Source of the DNA: Deltaproteobacteria bacterium HGW-Deltaproteobacteria-4
Lineage (GTDB): Bacteria > Desulfobacterota > Desulfuromonadia > Desulfuromonadales > UBA2197
Direction: 5' to 3'
Assembly: GCA_002841765.1 (NCBI GenBank)
Contig: PHAV01000002.1
Location: forward strand, 201,604 to 265,603
Length of the DNA stretch: 64,000 nucleotides
Each line of letters starts with the position of its first letter. Positions within the stretch are counted from its first letter, which is position 1. Below the pieces are notes generated by a model that saw nothing but the letters and a program-made list of their open reading frames with translations, was not told where the DNA came from and did no database searches. Positions 29,834 through 38,238 of this stretch are shown in pieces. A program made the translations under genes and the position numbers.

Positions 29834-30978
29834 AGATACTATTTGTCACGCCGGGTTGTTTTGACAAGGGAGGCATCAGCCGTTATTCCCGTTATCAAAT
29901 CAGTGCATTGAGAGATTTGTGGGGAGAGGGAGCGGTACGAGTCTTTTCTCTTCTTGGCCAAAACTGCGATTCTTTTGAAGAAGATTTTAAGGTCCATTGG
30001 TCTGCTGGGGGTATTGGAATGGCCGCAAAAGTGCGATTTGCACTGCGACTTGCCAAGGAGATCTTGTTGTGGCGGCCGGATGTGGTGCATGTGGCTCATG
30101 TGAACCTGAGCGGTCTTGCTTGGGGCCTAGCGCATCTTTCCAATGCTAAGACACTATTGAATACCTATGGACTGGAAGTCTGGAGCGGTCTCAGTCCCGA
30201 TGCGGCATTAGGATTGCGAAAAATGCAACATGTGCTTTCAGACTGTTATTATACAGCCTGTTATCTAGAAAATGAGGGGCTTCGTCCGGCAAAGAGCACC
30301 TCCGTGATTTGGGATTGTGTTGACTTGGATCAGTTCTCTCCAGGGGGTCCATCCCCTGTGGTGCTAGCTCGTTATGGCATCCCCGATCCTGAGCTACATT
30401 TCAATCTGATGACTCTGGGCCGACTGAGTTTTTCCGCCGCGCACAAGGGATATGAACGCCTTCTCAAGGCATTCGCGATTGTGGCACCACTATACCCCCA
30501 ATGCCGCCTCATTATTGCGGGGAAGGGGGACATGTGCGAAGAGTTGCGCAGGCAGGCGGCGAGCTTGGGGGTGAACGATCGTGTAATCTTTACAGGGATG
30601 GTGCATGATGGAGATTTGGCCGACGTCTACCGGGCGGCACATCTCTTCTCTCTGGTAAGCGATCGAGGGCTGCAGCGTGGCGAGGGAATCCCATTGACCC
30701 CCCTTGAGGCGATGGCTTGTGGGGTGCCGATTCTGGTCGGAAATCATGATGGGTCTCAGGAAGCGGTTGCCACGGGTGAGAATGGTTTTGTTCTTGACCC
30801 CTTCGATCTGGATGCCCATGCTGGCATTATTGGTCGATTGGTTGCAGACAGAGAACTCCTGCATAAACTAGGAGTGGGGGCAACGAAGAGAGCCCGGCAG
30901 TTTTTTTCTTATGAGGATTTTCGCGAAAAAAATTGTGAACTATATACAGAAATTTTTAAGAAAGAGGATTGCGTATGA
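29830..30978 (+). CDS. Glycosyltransferase family 4
   Basis: GGISRY, LGRL...HKGYE, EGIPLTPLEAMACGVP. Confidence 0.88.
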   Translation: MKILFVTPGCFDKGGISRYSRYQISALRDLWGEGAVRVFSLLGQNCDSFEEDFKVHWSAGGIGMAAKVRFALRLAKEILLWRPDVVHVAHVNLSGLAWGLAHLSNAKTLLNTYGLEVWSGLSPDAALGLRKMQHVLSDCYYTACYLENEGLRPAKSTSVIWDCVDLDQFSPGGPSPVVLARYGIPDPELHFNLMTLGRLSFSAAHKGYERLLKAFAIVAPLYPQCRLIIAGKGDMCEELRRQAASLGVNDRVIFTGMVHDGDLADVYRAAHLFSLVSDRGLQRGEGIPLTPLEAMACGVPILVGNHDGSQEAVATGENGFVLDPFDLDAHAGIIGRLVADRELLHKLGVGATKRARQFFSYEDFREKNCELYTEIFKKEDCV

Positions 30979-32120
30979 AGAGTAGCTTTCTGCCAATTGC
31001 TGAACCTGATTTGAGTCAAATAGAAGAAGAGATGATTTTGCAGGCAGTGCGGTCGGGGTGGGTCAGTTCTCTGGGGGAATTTATCGGACGATTTGAAAAA
31101 AATTTTGCCAATTTCTGTCAAATGCCCTTTGCTTCAACGGTGTGCAATGGGACGGCTGCACTCCATCTAGCTTTGGTTGCCAGAGGAGTCGGTCCGGGTG
31201 ATGAAGTCATTATCCCCTCCCTTACTTTTGTTGCTACGGCTGCTGCGGTGATGCATGCAGGTGCTACTCCAGTCTTTGTTGATTGCATTGCTGATGTCGG
31301 CGTTATAGATCCCAAGGCGGTGGAGGCGGCTCTTACTAACCGGACAAAGGCGATTATTGCCGTGCACCTTTATGGCCATCCTGCCGACATGGATCCTTTG
31401 CTCGAGATAGCTGAAGCACATAACCTTTTGCTATTGGAAGACGCTGCGGAAGCTCATGGAGCTAGCTACAAGGGGCGGAGAGTCGGCAGCCTAGGGCACA
31501 TGGCGACCTTTTCTTTTTATGGTAACAAGATAATGACCACCGGAGAAGGAGGGATGATTCTTTCCTCTGCAGAGGAAGACGATGCGCGAGTGCGTTTTCT
31601 GCGCGATCATGCCATGGATCCAAAGAAGAGATACTGGCACCCGGAAGTCGGTTTCAATTATCGGATGACCAACATTCAGGCCGCCCTTGGGGTCGCCCAG
31701 CTAAGCCGATTTGCGGAAGTTAGTCGAAAACGGGCTGATATTCTCCTTGCATACCGGCAACTGGGTTTAAATGAGACCTTTGGTTTGGCAATCAATCCTA
31801 AGCTGAGTTGGGCTGAGCCGGCCCCATGGTTAGTCTGCGCTCTCTTGCCTAATGCTCTTCCCCTCGGAACGCGCGACCAGATATGCAGTTCGCTGCGCAC
31901 CCATGATATTGATACCCGTCCCTATTTTTATCCGATTCATCTAATGCCTCCTTACCAGGGGTGCCGGTGTGTGGGGGCTGATGGTACTAGCGAGTTAGTT
32001 AATACCCTGTCATTGTCGGCGCGGGGGTTTAATCTTCCTAGTTCGCCACATATGACCCTACAGGACATCTTCCGGGTGGGAGAGGCATTGAAAATAGAGC
32101 TAGCCAAGGTGATTTCTTAA
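30975..32120 (+). CDS. DegT/DnrJ/EryC1/StrS PLP-dependent sugar aminotransferase (perosamine-synthetase-like)
   Basis: SGWVSSLG, NGTAALHLAL, GPGDEVIIP, EDAAEA, SFYGNKIMTTGEGG, GFNYRMTNIQAA. Confidence 0.93.
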   Translation: MKSSFLPIAEPDLSQIEEEMILQAVRSGWVSSLGEFIGRFEKNFANFCQMPFASTVCNGTAALHLALVARGVGPGDEVIIPSLTFVATAAAVMHAGATPVFVDCIADVGVIDPKAVEAALTNRTKAIIAVHLYGHPADMDPLLEIAEAHNLLLLEDAAEAHGASYKGRRVGSLGHMATFSFYGNKIMTTGEGGMILSSAEEDDARVRFLRDHAMDPKKRYWHPEVGFNYRMTNIQAALGVAQLSRFAEVSRKRADILLAYRQLGLNETFGLAINPKLSWAEPAPWLVCALLPNALPLGTRDQICSSLRTHDIDTRPYFYPIHLMPPYQGCRCVGADGTSELVNTLSLSARGFNLPSSPHMTLQDIFRVGEALKIELAKVIS

Positions 32121-32144
32121 CTGTGGGTGTGCAGGAGTTTTAAA

Positions 32145-33329
32145 GTGAAAATCCTTCAGGTCATTCCTTGCTACCTCCCCGCCCATCGCTATGGCGGGCC
32201 GGTAAAATCGGTTCATGAGCTCAGCCGAAAGTTGGTTGAGCTCGGAGCGGAAGTGACGGTTTTTACCACAAATGCAGATGGGCCGGATGATCTCGATGTC
32301 CCGATTGGTAGCGTAGTCCTTTTGGACGGGGTGAAGGTCCACTATTTCTCCGTTGAAAAACCACGCTCCTATTTCCGCTCGCCAGGCTTGAATCGCGCGT
32401 TGGCCGAACAGATCCACCAGTTCGATTTGGTGCATATCAACTGGCTTTACGTCTACCCGACCCTGACCGCTGCCCGGCAGTGCTTGCGGCAAAACGTTCC
32501 CTATATCCTCTCTTCGAGGGGGATGCTGGACAGTAATGCTGTGGCCATGAAGGGGGAGTTGAAGAAAAAACTTTATTTATCGCTCATTGAGAAAAAACAT
32601 CTCGCAGGGGCAGCAGCATTACACTTCACGTCTTACGGGGAAGAGGCGAATTCGTGGCAATCTGGTTGGAACAAACGCCATGTCGTGGTTTATAACGGCA
32701 TCAACTTGAGCGAATACGCTGATCTGCCGGATATTGCGGAATTTGATCAGCAATTCCCAGAACTTTACGGTAAAAAGATTGTTCTGTTTCTCGGGCGGCT
32801 CAACTATATCAAGGGACTAGATCTGTTGACGCAGGCTTGGCCTATGGTGGTGCGAGATCTTCCCGATGCGCACCTCGTCATAGCCGGTCCGGATGATGAC
32901 GGCTATGGAGTCAAGGTTAGGCAATGGATTAGGGACGGCGGCTGCGAACAAAACGTGACTTTTACCGGCATGTTGTTGGGGAGGGAAAAGCTGGCTGCTC
33001 TTTCGCGGGCCGACATGTTCGTGGCTTCATCCTATTTGGAGAGCTTCGGCATGGCGATTGTTGAAGCCATGGCATGCGGCAAACCGGTGGTTATTACTGA
33101 TAGAGTCAATATTTGCCGGGAAGTGGAACAGGCAGGTGCGGGAATTGTAACCCCGTGTGATCCGCCTCGCATTGCAGATGCGCTGATTATGTTATTAAAA
33201 AACCCGAAAGTGGGCAGGGAAATGGGAACGAAGGGGCTAAAATTTGTCGCGAATAATTTCACATGGGATAAGGCGGCACGGGAAATGACAGATGTTTACG
33301 AGGATGTCCTATTAAAAAGAAAGAGGTAG
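32145..33329 (+). CDS. Glycosyltransferase family 4
   Basis: YGGPVKS, LFLGRL..IKGLD, ESFGMAIVEAMACGKPVV; GTG 32145 with AGGAG RBS. Confidence 0.9.
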   Translation: MKILQVIPCYLPAHRYGGPVKSVHELSRKLVELGAEVTVFTTNADGPDDLDVPIGSVVLLDGVKVHYFSVEKPRSYFRSPGLNRALAEQIHQFDLVHINWLYVYPTLTAARQCLRQNVPYILSSRGMLDSNAVAMKGELKKKLYLSLIEKKHLAGAAALHFTSYGEEANSWQSGWNKRHVVVYNGINLSEYADLPDIAEFDQQFPELYGKKIVLFLGRLNYIKGLDLLTQAWPMVVRDLPDAHLVIAGPDDDGYGVKVRQWIRDGGCEQNVTFTGMLLGREKLAALSRADMFVASSYLESFGMAIVEAMACGKPVVITDRVNICREVEQAGAGIVTPCDPPRIADALIMLLKNPKVGREMGTKGLKFVANNFTWDKAAREMTDVYEDVLLKRKR

Positions 33330-33333
33330 GGGG

Positions 33334-33885
33334 ATGAGTGTTGACCTTTCCAGATTCAATAACTCTTGGTACAATCCTGGCTGTGGATTTTTTGTTCGCA
33401 CACTCTGGCATTATGTCAATGCAGTCTTCCTGCAATCCCCTCTCAACCCGTCATCAAAACTGAAGATAATAATCCTCCGCATGTTCGGTGCAAAAATAGG
33501 GCAGGGGGTTGTGCTTAAACCGAGCATTAACGTCAAATATCCCTGGAAGCTGGAGATCGGCGACTATTCCTGGATAGGTGAGAATGTCTGGCTCGACTCT
33601 CTTGCCCCTATCACCATCGGCAGTAACGTTTGTATCTCCCAAGGTGTCTACTTCTGCACCGGCAACCACGATTGGACTGACCCCGCCTTCGGCCTGATCG
33701 TCAAACCGATAGTAATTGAAGACGGTGCTTGGGTCGGGGCGCGAGCAACAGTCCTTCCGGGAGTAACAATCAAGAGTCATTCCATCGTCGCGGCCGGTTC
33801 GGTCATCGCCAAGGATACGGACGCATATGGTATTTATGTCGGCAACCCTGCGATGAAAGTCAAAGAACGGAAGATAAGGTCTTAG
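33334..33885 (+). CDS. wcaF: WcaF-family polysaccharide acetyltransferase
   Basis: LRMFGAKIG, NVKYPWKLEIGDYSWIGE, CISQGVYFCTGNHDW, hexapeptide repeats. Confidence 0.85.
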   Translation: MSVDLSRFNNSWYNPGCGFFVRTLWHYVNAVFLQSPLNPSSKLKIIILRMFGAKIGQGVVLKPSINVKYPWKLEIGDYSWIGENVWLDSLAPITIGSNVCISQGVYFCTGNHDWTDPAFGLIVKPIVIEDGAWVGARATVLPGVTIKSHSIVAAGSVIAKDTDAYGIYVGNPAMKVKERKIRS

Positions 33886-33887
33886 TT

Positions 33888-34649
33888 GTGCAGATTTCCA
33901 TCATCACCGCCAGCTACAATGCTGGTGCCACCATCACCGACTGCCTCAAAAGCATCAACTTTCAGACCACGCCGGTCGAGCATCTCATCATCGACGGCGC
34001 TTCCACCGATAACACCCTTGAACTCGTCCGGCAAATCAGTCCGCACGCCCGTATCCTCTCCGAACCTGACCGCGGTATTTACGACGCCATGAACAAGGGA
34101 ATCCGTCTGGCCAGCGGCGACATTATCGGCATCCTCAATGCCGATGATTTTTATGCCTCCCCCGATGTTCTCGCCCAAGTGGCAGCGGTCTTTGCAGACC
34201 CGACCGTTGCCGCCTGTTACGGCGATCTGCAATATGTTCAGGGGGGTGTGGGAGAAAAACCAACGGAATGCTTTAAAGTTGTCCGGCACTGGCAGTCCGA
34301 TCCCTTTTGCAGGTCAAGGTTTCTGTGGGGCTGGATGCCGCCGCACCCGACTTTCTTTGTGCGGAAAGAGATCTATGAACAGTACGGTACTTTCCGCCTC
34401 GACCTCGGTTCTGCGGCTGATTATGAGCTGATGCTCCGTCTTCTTTTCAAGCACCAGATCAAGGCGGTCTATATCACGCAAGTTCTGGTCAAGATGAGGG
34501 TAGGGGGGGTTAGCAATGCGAGTCTGAAAAACCGGATCACGGCGAACCTGATGGATCGCCGTGCCTGGGAGGTGAATGGGCTGAAGCCTTACCCGTGGAC
34601 GCTGCTGATGAAACCGCTACGCAAGTTGCGGCAGTTTTTGCAGCGATGA
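33888..34649 (+). CDS. Glycosyltransferase family 2 (WcaE-like)
   Basis: ISIITASYN, IDGASTD, EPDRGIYDAMNKG, LNADD, GWMPPHP, ADYELMLR; GTG 33888. Confidence 0.9.
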   Translation: MQISIITASYNAGATITDCLKSINFQTTPVEHLIIDGASTDNTLELVRQISPHARILSEPDRGIYDAMNKGIRLASGDIIGILNADDFYASPDVLAQVAAVFADPTVAACYGDLQYVQGGVGEKPTECFKVVRHWQSDPFCRSRFLWGWMPPHPTFFVRKEIYEQYGTFRLDLGSAADYELMLRLLFKHQIKAVYITQVLVKMRVGGVSNASLKNRITANLMDRRAWEVNGLKPYPWTLLMKPLRKLRQFLQR

Positions 34650-34670
34650 ATCGGAGGTCAAAATCAATTT

Positions 34671-34760
34671 GCCGCGGTGAAAATCTGTAAAAATCTGTTA
34701 GGACGGAAGCCATAGCTTTTTTGGTTAAACCAACAGACCTTGACAGATTTTCACCGCGGC
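34671..34760. repeat. Repeat family A, copy 1: 90-bp element with perfect 18-bp terminal inverted repeat
   Basis: GCCGCGGTGAAAATCTGT ... ACAGATTTTCACCGCGGC; internal TTGGTT-A-AACCAA palindrome. Confidence 0.9.
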
Positions 34761-34904
34761 TCATCGGCCTGAGAAGATATTATCAGAAGTCGATCTCGCC
34801 AGAAGTAGGCGCCCCGAGGCGAGTGAGCCAAGCGAACGTGCGAGACAAAGCTTTTCGTGCGGTGTTTAAAAGCGAATGGTCCCATTTTCCCAGGAGAAGT
34901 TGTC

Positions 34905-35153
34905 ATGCCTGAAATATGTCGCTTTCTTGGTATTGTTATCAGTATGTATTTTGATGAACACAACCCGCCACTCTTTCACGTCAAGTATAATGAACATAAA
35001 GCAGTCGTAGCGATATAAACCCTCAACATTCTGGACGGTCATCTCCCTGCCCGTGTCCGCGGGCTTATTGAAGAATGGGCAGAGTTACATCAGGATGAAT
35101 TGCTGAGCATGTGGGAATCACAAGAATTTCATAAAATTAAACCACTTGTCTAG
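34905..35153 (+). pseudogene. DUF4160-like gene with in-frame TAA at codon 38
   Basis: MPEICRFLGIVISMYFDEHNPPLFHVKYNEHKAVVAI*TLNILDGHLPARVRGLIEEWAELHQDELLSMW; AGGAG RBS; TAA at 35016-35018. Confidence 0.8.
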
Positions 35154-35163
35154 GAGGCCTGCC

Positions 35164-35457
35164 ATGATCGAGGTACTTGAGGCGGCATATCAGGAAGAAT
35201 ACAAAGTTTGGTTAAGATTCAACACCGGCGAAAGCGGCGTTGCTGATCTTAAGGATTTATTGCTCAAGTATAAAGTGGCCGCACCGCTCATTGATCAAAA
35301 TGAATTCAAAAAGTTTTACCTGGATGAATGGCCGACGCTGGCGTGGCCATGCGGTTTTGATGTTGCCCCGGAAACTCTGTATGAACGGGTCACCGGCAAA
35401 CGGCCAGATTGGCAGCAGTCAGCAATGGTCCATGAGGCACGAGAAGATTACAAGTAG
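35164..35457 (+). CDS. DUF2442-like protein (partner of DUF4160)
   Basis: YKVWLRFNTGESGVADL, TLAWPCGFDVAPETLY; ATG 35164 after AGGAGG. Confidence 0.8.
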   Translation: MIEVLEAAYQEEYKVWLRFNTGESGVADLKDLLLKYKVAAPLIDQNEFKKFYLDEWPTLAWPCGFDVAPETLYERVTGKRPDWQQSAMVHEAREDYK

Positions 35458-35495
35458 AGGCTCGTTCTCAAGATTCTCTCCGAGTCCTCTGTCCC

Positions 35496-35660
35496 TGGCA
35501 TACGGTGGTCAGCCTCGAAGCCGGCTCGGTCTTTTACGAAGCCAAACCTGGTCCCTTTGATCCCAGCCACAAAAGTGACATGGCGAGCTGGGCTCCGGAA
35601 GAAGGGAGCCCGGAACCGGCGTTCTTCTTCAAAGCGCTAAAGGGAACAAGCACCTTTTAA
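35496..35660 (+). pseudogene. 3' remnant of a WbuC-like cupin gene
   Basis: WHTVVSLEAGSVFYEAKPGPFDP..KSDMASWAPEEGSPE resembles the WbuC cupin C-terminus; no start or 5' half. Confidence 0.6.
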
Positions 35661-35723
35661 TAAAGCCAAAAGGAGCCAGCCGGCAGTCGCCGCATAGATT
35701 GTTTGGGAGACACGTTTTTTATT

Positions 35724-36092
35724 TTATTTCCGGTCTGATACGAAGGGGAGCAGTTGGCGAAGGGCTGCTATTATTTTATCCTGATCCGGGCTGGCGAGTT
35801 TTCCAGCTTTTCTGATAATCAACTTTTCGTCCAAGGTAAAGAGTTTCATCCGTATCACGGAAGGGGAGGGCAGGCCGGCAGAATCAAGATTTTGGATTTC
35901 AATATCCAGGGGCCAACCTGAATTTTTGGCACTGGTAATCATCGCCATGACGGCCTGGCCAACTTGGCAATTAAAGACCTGAGCATCGGAGAGAATCAAT
36001 GCCGGTCGGCGCTTGGTTGTGTTTTTGTCCGTAAAGGGGAAGGGGACAACAACCACATCGAAGGCATCAAAGTTCACGGTAGGCCTCTTCAT
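35724..36092 (-). CDS. PemK/MazF-family toxin
   Basis: DVVVVPFPFTD..TKRRPALILS, MITS, GLPSPSVIR. Confidence 0.9.
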   Translation of the reverse strand: MKRPTVNFDAFDVVVVPFPFTDKNTTKRRPALILSDAQVFNCQVGQAVMAMITSAKNSGWPLDIEIQNLDSAGLPSPSVIRMKLFTLDEKLIIRKAGKLASPDQDKIIAALRQLLPFVSDRK

Positions 36093-36297
36093 CGGCAGCT
36101 GATTCCCATTCGTTCAACGTCCCTTTCAGTGCCTCGGCAAAGACCAGATCCACAGGTCTTGCTTTTCTGAGGAGTATCTGATGACCCTCAATCTCAAAGG
36201 CAATGGCATCACCGGCTTTCAGGTGCAGTACTTTGCGGACCGGTTCCGGAATGGTTGCTTGATATTTTGATGTGATTTTGCTTGTCGCCGTTGCCAT
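36067..36297 (-). CDS. AbrB/MazE/SpoVT-family antitoxin
   Basis: SKITSKYQATIPEPVRKVLHLKAGDAIAF; acidic tail; ATG 36297 with AAGGAGG RBS; overlaps toxin start. Confidence 0.88.
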   Translation of the reverse strand: MATATSKITSKYQATIPEPVRKVLHLKAGDAIAFEIEGHQILLRKARPVDLVFAEALKGTLNEWESAADEEAYREL

Positions 36298-36315
36298 GGT
36301 TATGACCTCCTTTTT

Positions 36316-36348
36316 GGTAATACTAGCATTACCTGGTGCGTGTCGCAA
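36316..36348 (-). promoter_or_regulatory. sigma70 promoter with palindromic operator for the mazEF-like pair
   Basis: Minus strand TTGCGA-N17-TAGTAT; GGTAAT-N6-ATTACC (36316-36333) overlaps the -10. Confidence 0.7.
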
Positions 36349-36461
36349 GGTTGAGGGGGAGGAAGGTCAAAGGGGACAGGCACCCTTTAATGAGTCCACA
36401 AGAAGACAGTCCCTGTTCTCTGGCGGCTACTGATCTTGGAACTGACTGAATGGAAGATCGA

Positions 36462-36501
36462 TTGACCTGATAAGATGTACGTGATACGTTGTACATCACG
36501 T
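36462..36501 (+). promoter_or_regulatory. sigma70 promoter with overlapping palindromes for the phd-vapC pair
   Basis: TTGACC-N17-TACGTT; GATGTAC-N10-GTACATC and ACGTGAT-N9-ATCACGT span the -10. Confidence 0.7.
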
Positions 36502-36516
36502 TTACTGGAGGTCAAT

Positions 36517-36759
36517 ATGAGATCTTTATCCGTATCATCAGCGCGTAGCCAACTGCCGTCCCTTCTTGATGATGTTTTTACCAAGCACGAAACCATCATT
36601 ATCAGTCGTAAAGGAAAGCCTGTTGCCCAACTGACGCCAATCCCGTCCGATGCCTCTCTGGATGAAAGCAAACGCTTTCCCCTGCGGAGTATTGCCATTT
36701 CCATTGCTGACGATTTTGATGAACCGGCTCCGGAATTGTGGGAGGCGTTAGAGTCATGA
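36517..36759 (+). CDS. Phd/YefM-family antitoxin
   Basis: SVSSARSQLPSLLDDV...IIISRKGKPVAQLTPI, DDFDEP; ATG 36517 after GGAGG. Confidence 0.88.
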   Translation: MRSLSVSSARSQLPSLLDDVFTKHETIIISRKGKPVAQLTPIPSDASLDESKRFPLRSIAISIADDFDEPAPELWEALES

Positions 36760-37151
36760 TTGTGCTTGATACGCATGTCTGGCTCTGGTGGTTGCATGAT
36801 CCTGCCAAATTATCACCGACTGCTGTTAAGTTAATTGAGCAAGAGCAAGAATTAGGAGCGCTTATCCTCTCTTCTATCTCTATCTGGGAGGTGGCAGTCA
36901 AGGTCCAATCGGGCAGACTAGCTATTCCCATGGAGATATTGCAGTGGTATGAGTTGGCAAGAAGTTATCCAGCAACAGTGATTGAGCCACTTTCGCCCGT
37001 CGATGCTATTGCCAGCACTCAACTTCCCGGTGATTTTCATAAAGACCCAGCGGATCGAATGATTATCTCTCTCGCCCGGCGGTTGGCCATACCGCTTATT
37101 ACCTGCGATCGAAAAATCCTTGAGTACAAACATGTCCTGACTGCTTGGTGA
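36756..37151 (+). CDS. vapC: VapC PIN-domain toxin
   Basis: IVLDTHVWLWW, SISIWEV, FHKDPADRMI, LITCD; ATGA overlap with antitoxin. Confidence 0.92.
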   Translation: MIVLDTHVWLWWLHDPAKLSPTAVKLIEQEQELGALILSSISIWEVAVKVQSGRLAIPMEILQWYELARSYPATVIEPLSPVDAIASTQLPGDFHKDPADRMIISLARRLAIPLITCDRKILEYKHVLTAW

Positions 37152-37155
37152 ATTT

Positions 37156-37302
37156 GGCAAGCGCTCTATCACTGCTGATACCGCCTTGCGGCTGGGGCTT
37201 TATTTTGGGGTGTCTCCGGAACATTGGCTGAATCTGCAAACGGATTATGATTTGCGGGTTGCCCGGCGGCCGGCCGGAACCGGCGACCTTGATGGAAAGT
37301 GA
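37156..37302 (+). pseudogene. 3' remnant of a HigA-family antitoxin
   Basis: GKRSITADTALRLGLYFGVSPEHWLNLQTDYDL; the upstream frame is closed by TGA at 37138 and the N-terminal HTH part is missing. Confidence 0.75.
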
Positions 37303-37314
37303 ACAAGGCGTGAT

Positions 37315-37611
37315 CTAACTGCGGGATTTGATGCGGTTGGGATTTTGTTTCCCATGGAGACAGGCAATGATGACGATGTTCTCGTTGGTGATGATATAAA
37401 AAATCCCGTATGGGAACCTGCGCAGTAATGCCCTTTTTACAGTGCGATAAACAGTGGCATACATGGCGGGATTGCGGGCAATAGAGGCAATACAAACGTC
37501 AACGGCCCGAAGATACTCCGTTCCTAGTCCAGGATTTTGCTGGTCATACCAGATAGCCGCTGCCGCTATATCCGCTTCAGCTTGCTTCCGGACAACAATT
37601 TTGAGGTTCAT
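37315..37611 (-). CDS. RelE/ParE-family toxin
   Basis: AEADIAAAAIWYDQQNPGLG.EY, RALLRRFPYGIFY, IIACLH. Confidence 0.88.
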   Translation of the reverse strand: MNLKIVVRKQAEADIAAAAIWYDQQNPGLGTEYLRAVDVCIASIARNPAMYATVYRTVKRALLRRFPYGIFYIITNENIVIIACLHGKQNPNRIKSRS

Positions 37612-37829
37612 ACCCTACGCCATAAACGGGAGCGGACTTCATCCCAGGATGATTGTTCCTGGGGTTGTTGTGCGTACTCTTCAAGACGTTGATCTAATTC
37701 GTATTTTATGTCCGATGTTAGTTCAACCTTCTCTGGTTGGATGGCGATACTATCCCAAATATCTTCTACCAATTGAATCCGCTCCGGGATACTTAAGGAA
37801 AACAAGTCTTCAGCGGTTATTTGCGGCAT
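37608..37829 (-). CDS. Addiction-module antitoxin (TIGR02574-like)
   Basis: LSIPERIQLVEDIWDSI, ELDQRL, SWDEV; ATG 37829 with AAGGAG RBS; overlaps parE start. Confidence 0.85.
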   Translation of the reverse strand: MPQITAEDLFSLSIPERIQLVEDIWDSIAIQPEKVELTSDIKYELDQRLEEYAQQPQEQSSWDEVRSRLWRRV

Positions 37830-37938
37830 CGTGGTTATCTCCTTCGAAGTCATGCGTAACGCTTTGGATGAATATATATCATGACATCCGGAAAAATCTT
37901 AAGTTGAAAATTTGTTTCTCGGTTCGTTTGGCGGAAGC

Positions 37939-37969
37939 GAAGTGATCAGATTTTGATCCGCGTGCGATG
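37939..37969. repeat. Repeat family B, partial copy
   Basis: GAAGTGATCAGATTTTGATCCGCGTGCGATG, near-identical to 38936-38965. Confidence 0.8.
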
Positions 37970-38001
37970 ATTGTTGTTACTGCTAAGGTCAGAACTATTT
38001 T

Positions 38002-38094
38002 GCCGCGGTGAGAATCTATGAAAATCTGTCAGGGCGAAAGCTAAAAGCTTGTTTTTGGTTAAACCAACAGACCTTGACAGATTTTCACCGCGGC
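38002..38094. repeat. Repeat family A, copy 2
   Basis: GCCGCGGTGAGAATCTATGAAAATCTGTCA ... TTGGTTAAACCAACAGACCTTGACAGATTTTCACCGCGGC; the last 40 nt are identical to copy 1. Confidence 0.9.
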
Positions 38095-38112
38095 TAATTT
38101 GTTTGTGAAGTA

Positions 38113-38147
38113 ATATTATCAGAACTTATCAGATTTGATCCGCGTGC
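38113..38147. repeat. Repeat family B, partial copy following A2
   Basis: ATATTATCAGAACTTATCAGATTTGATCCGCGTGC; ATATTATCAGAA also follows A1 at 34777. Confidence 0.75.
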
Positions 38148-38173
38148 GGCGATGGGTGATTTTGAGTTTTGCG

Positions 38174-38202
38174 TTGACATACCGCACTGCCAATCGTACT
38201 AT
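38174..38202 (+). promoter_or_regulatory. Near-consensus sigma70 promoter for the last TA pair
   Basis: TTGACA-N17-TACTAT. Confidence 0.75.
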
Positions 38203-38238
38203 TCATGGTGTTGTTAAGCGCTTTATGGGAGGTGAGGT

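Noticed and set aside
37454-37945. 163 aa plus-strand ORF across the parE module
   Set aside because: It is antisense to two coupled genes with clear family motifs and RBSs, and has no recognisable features itself.
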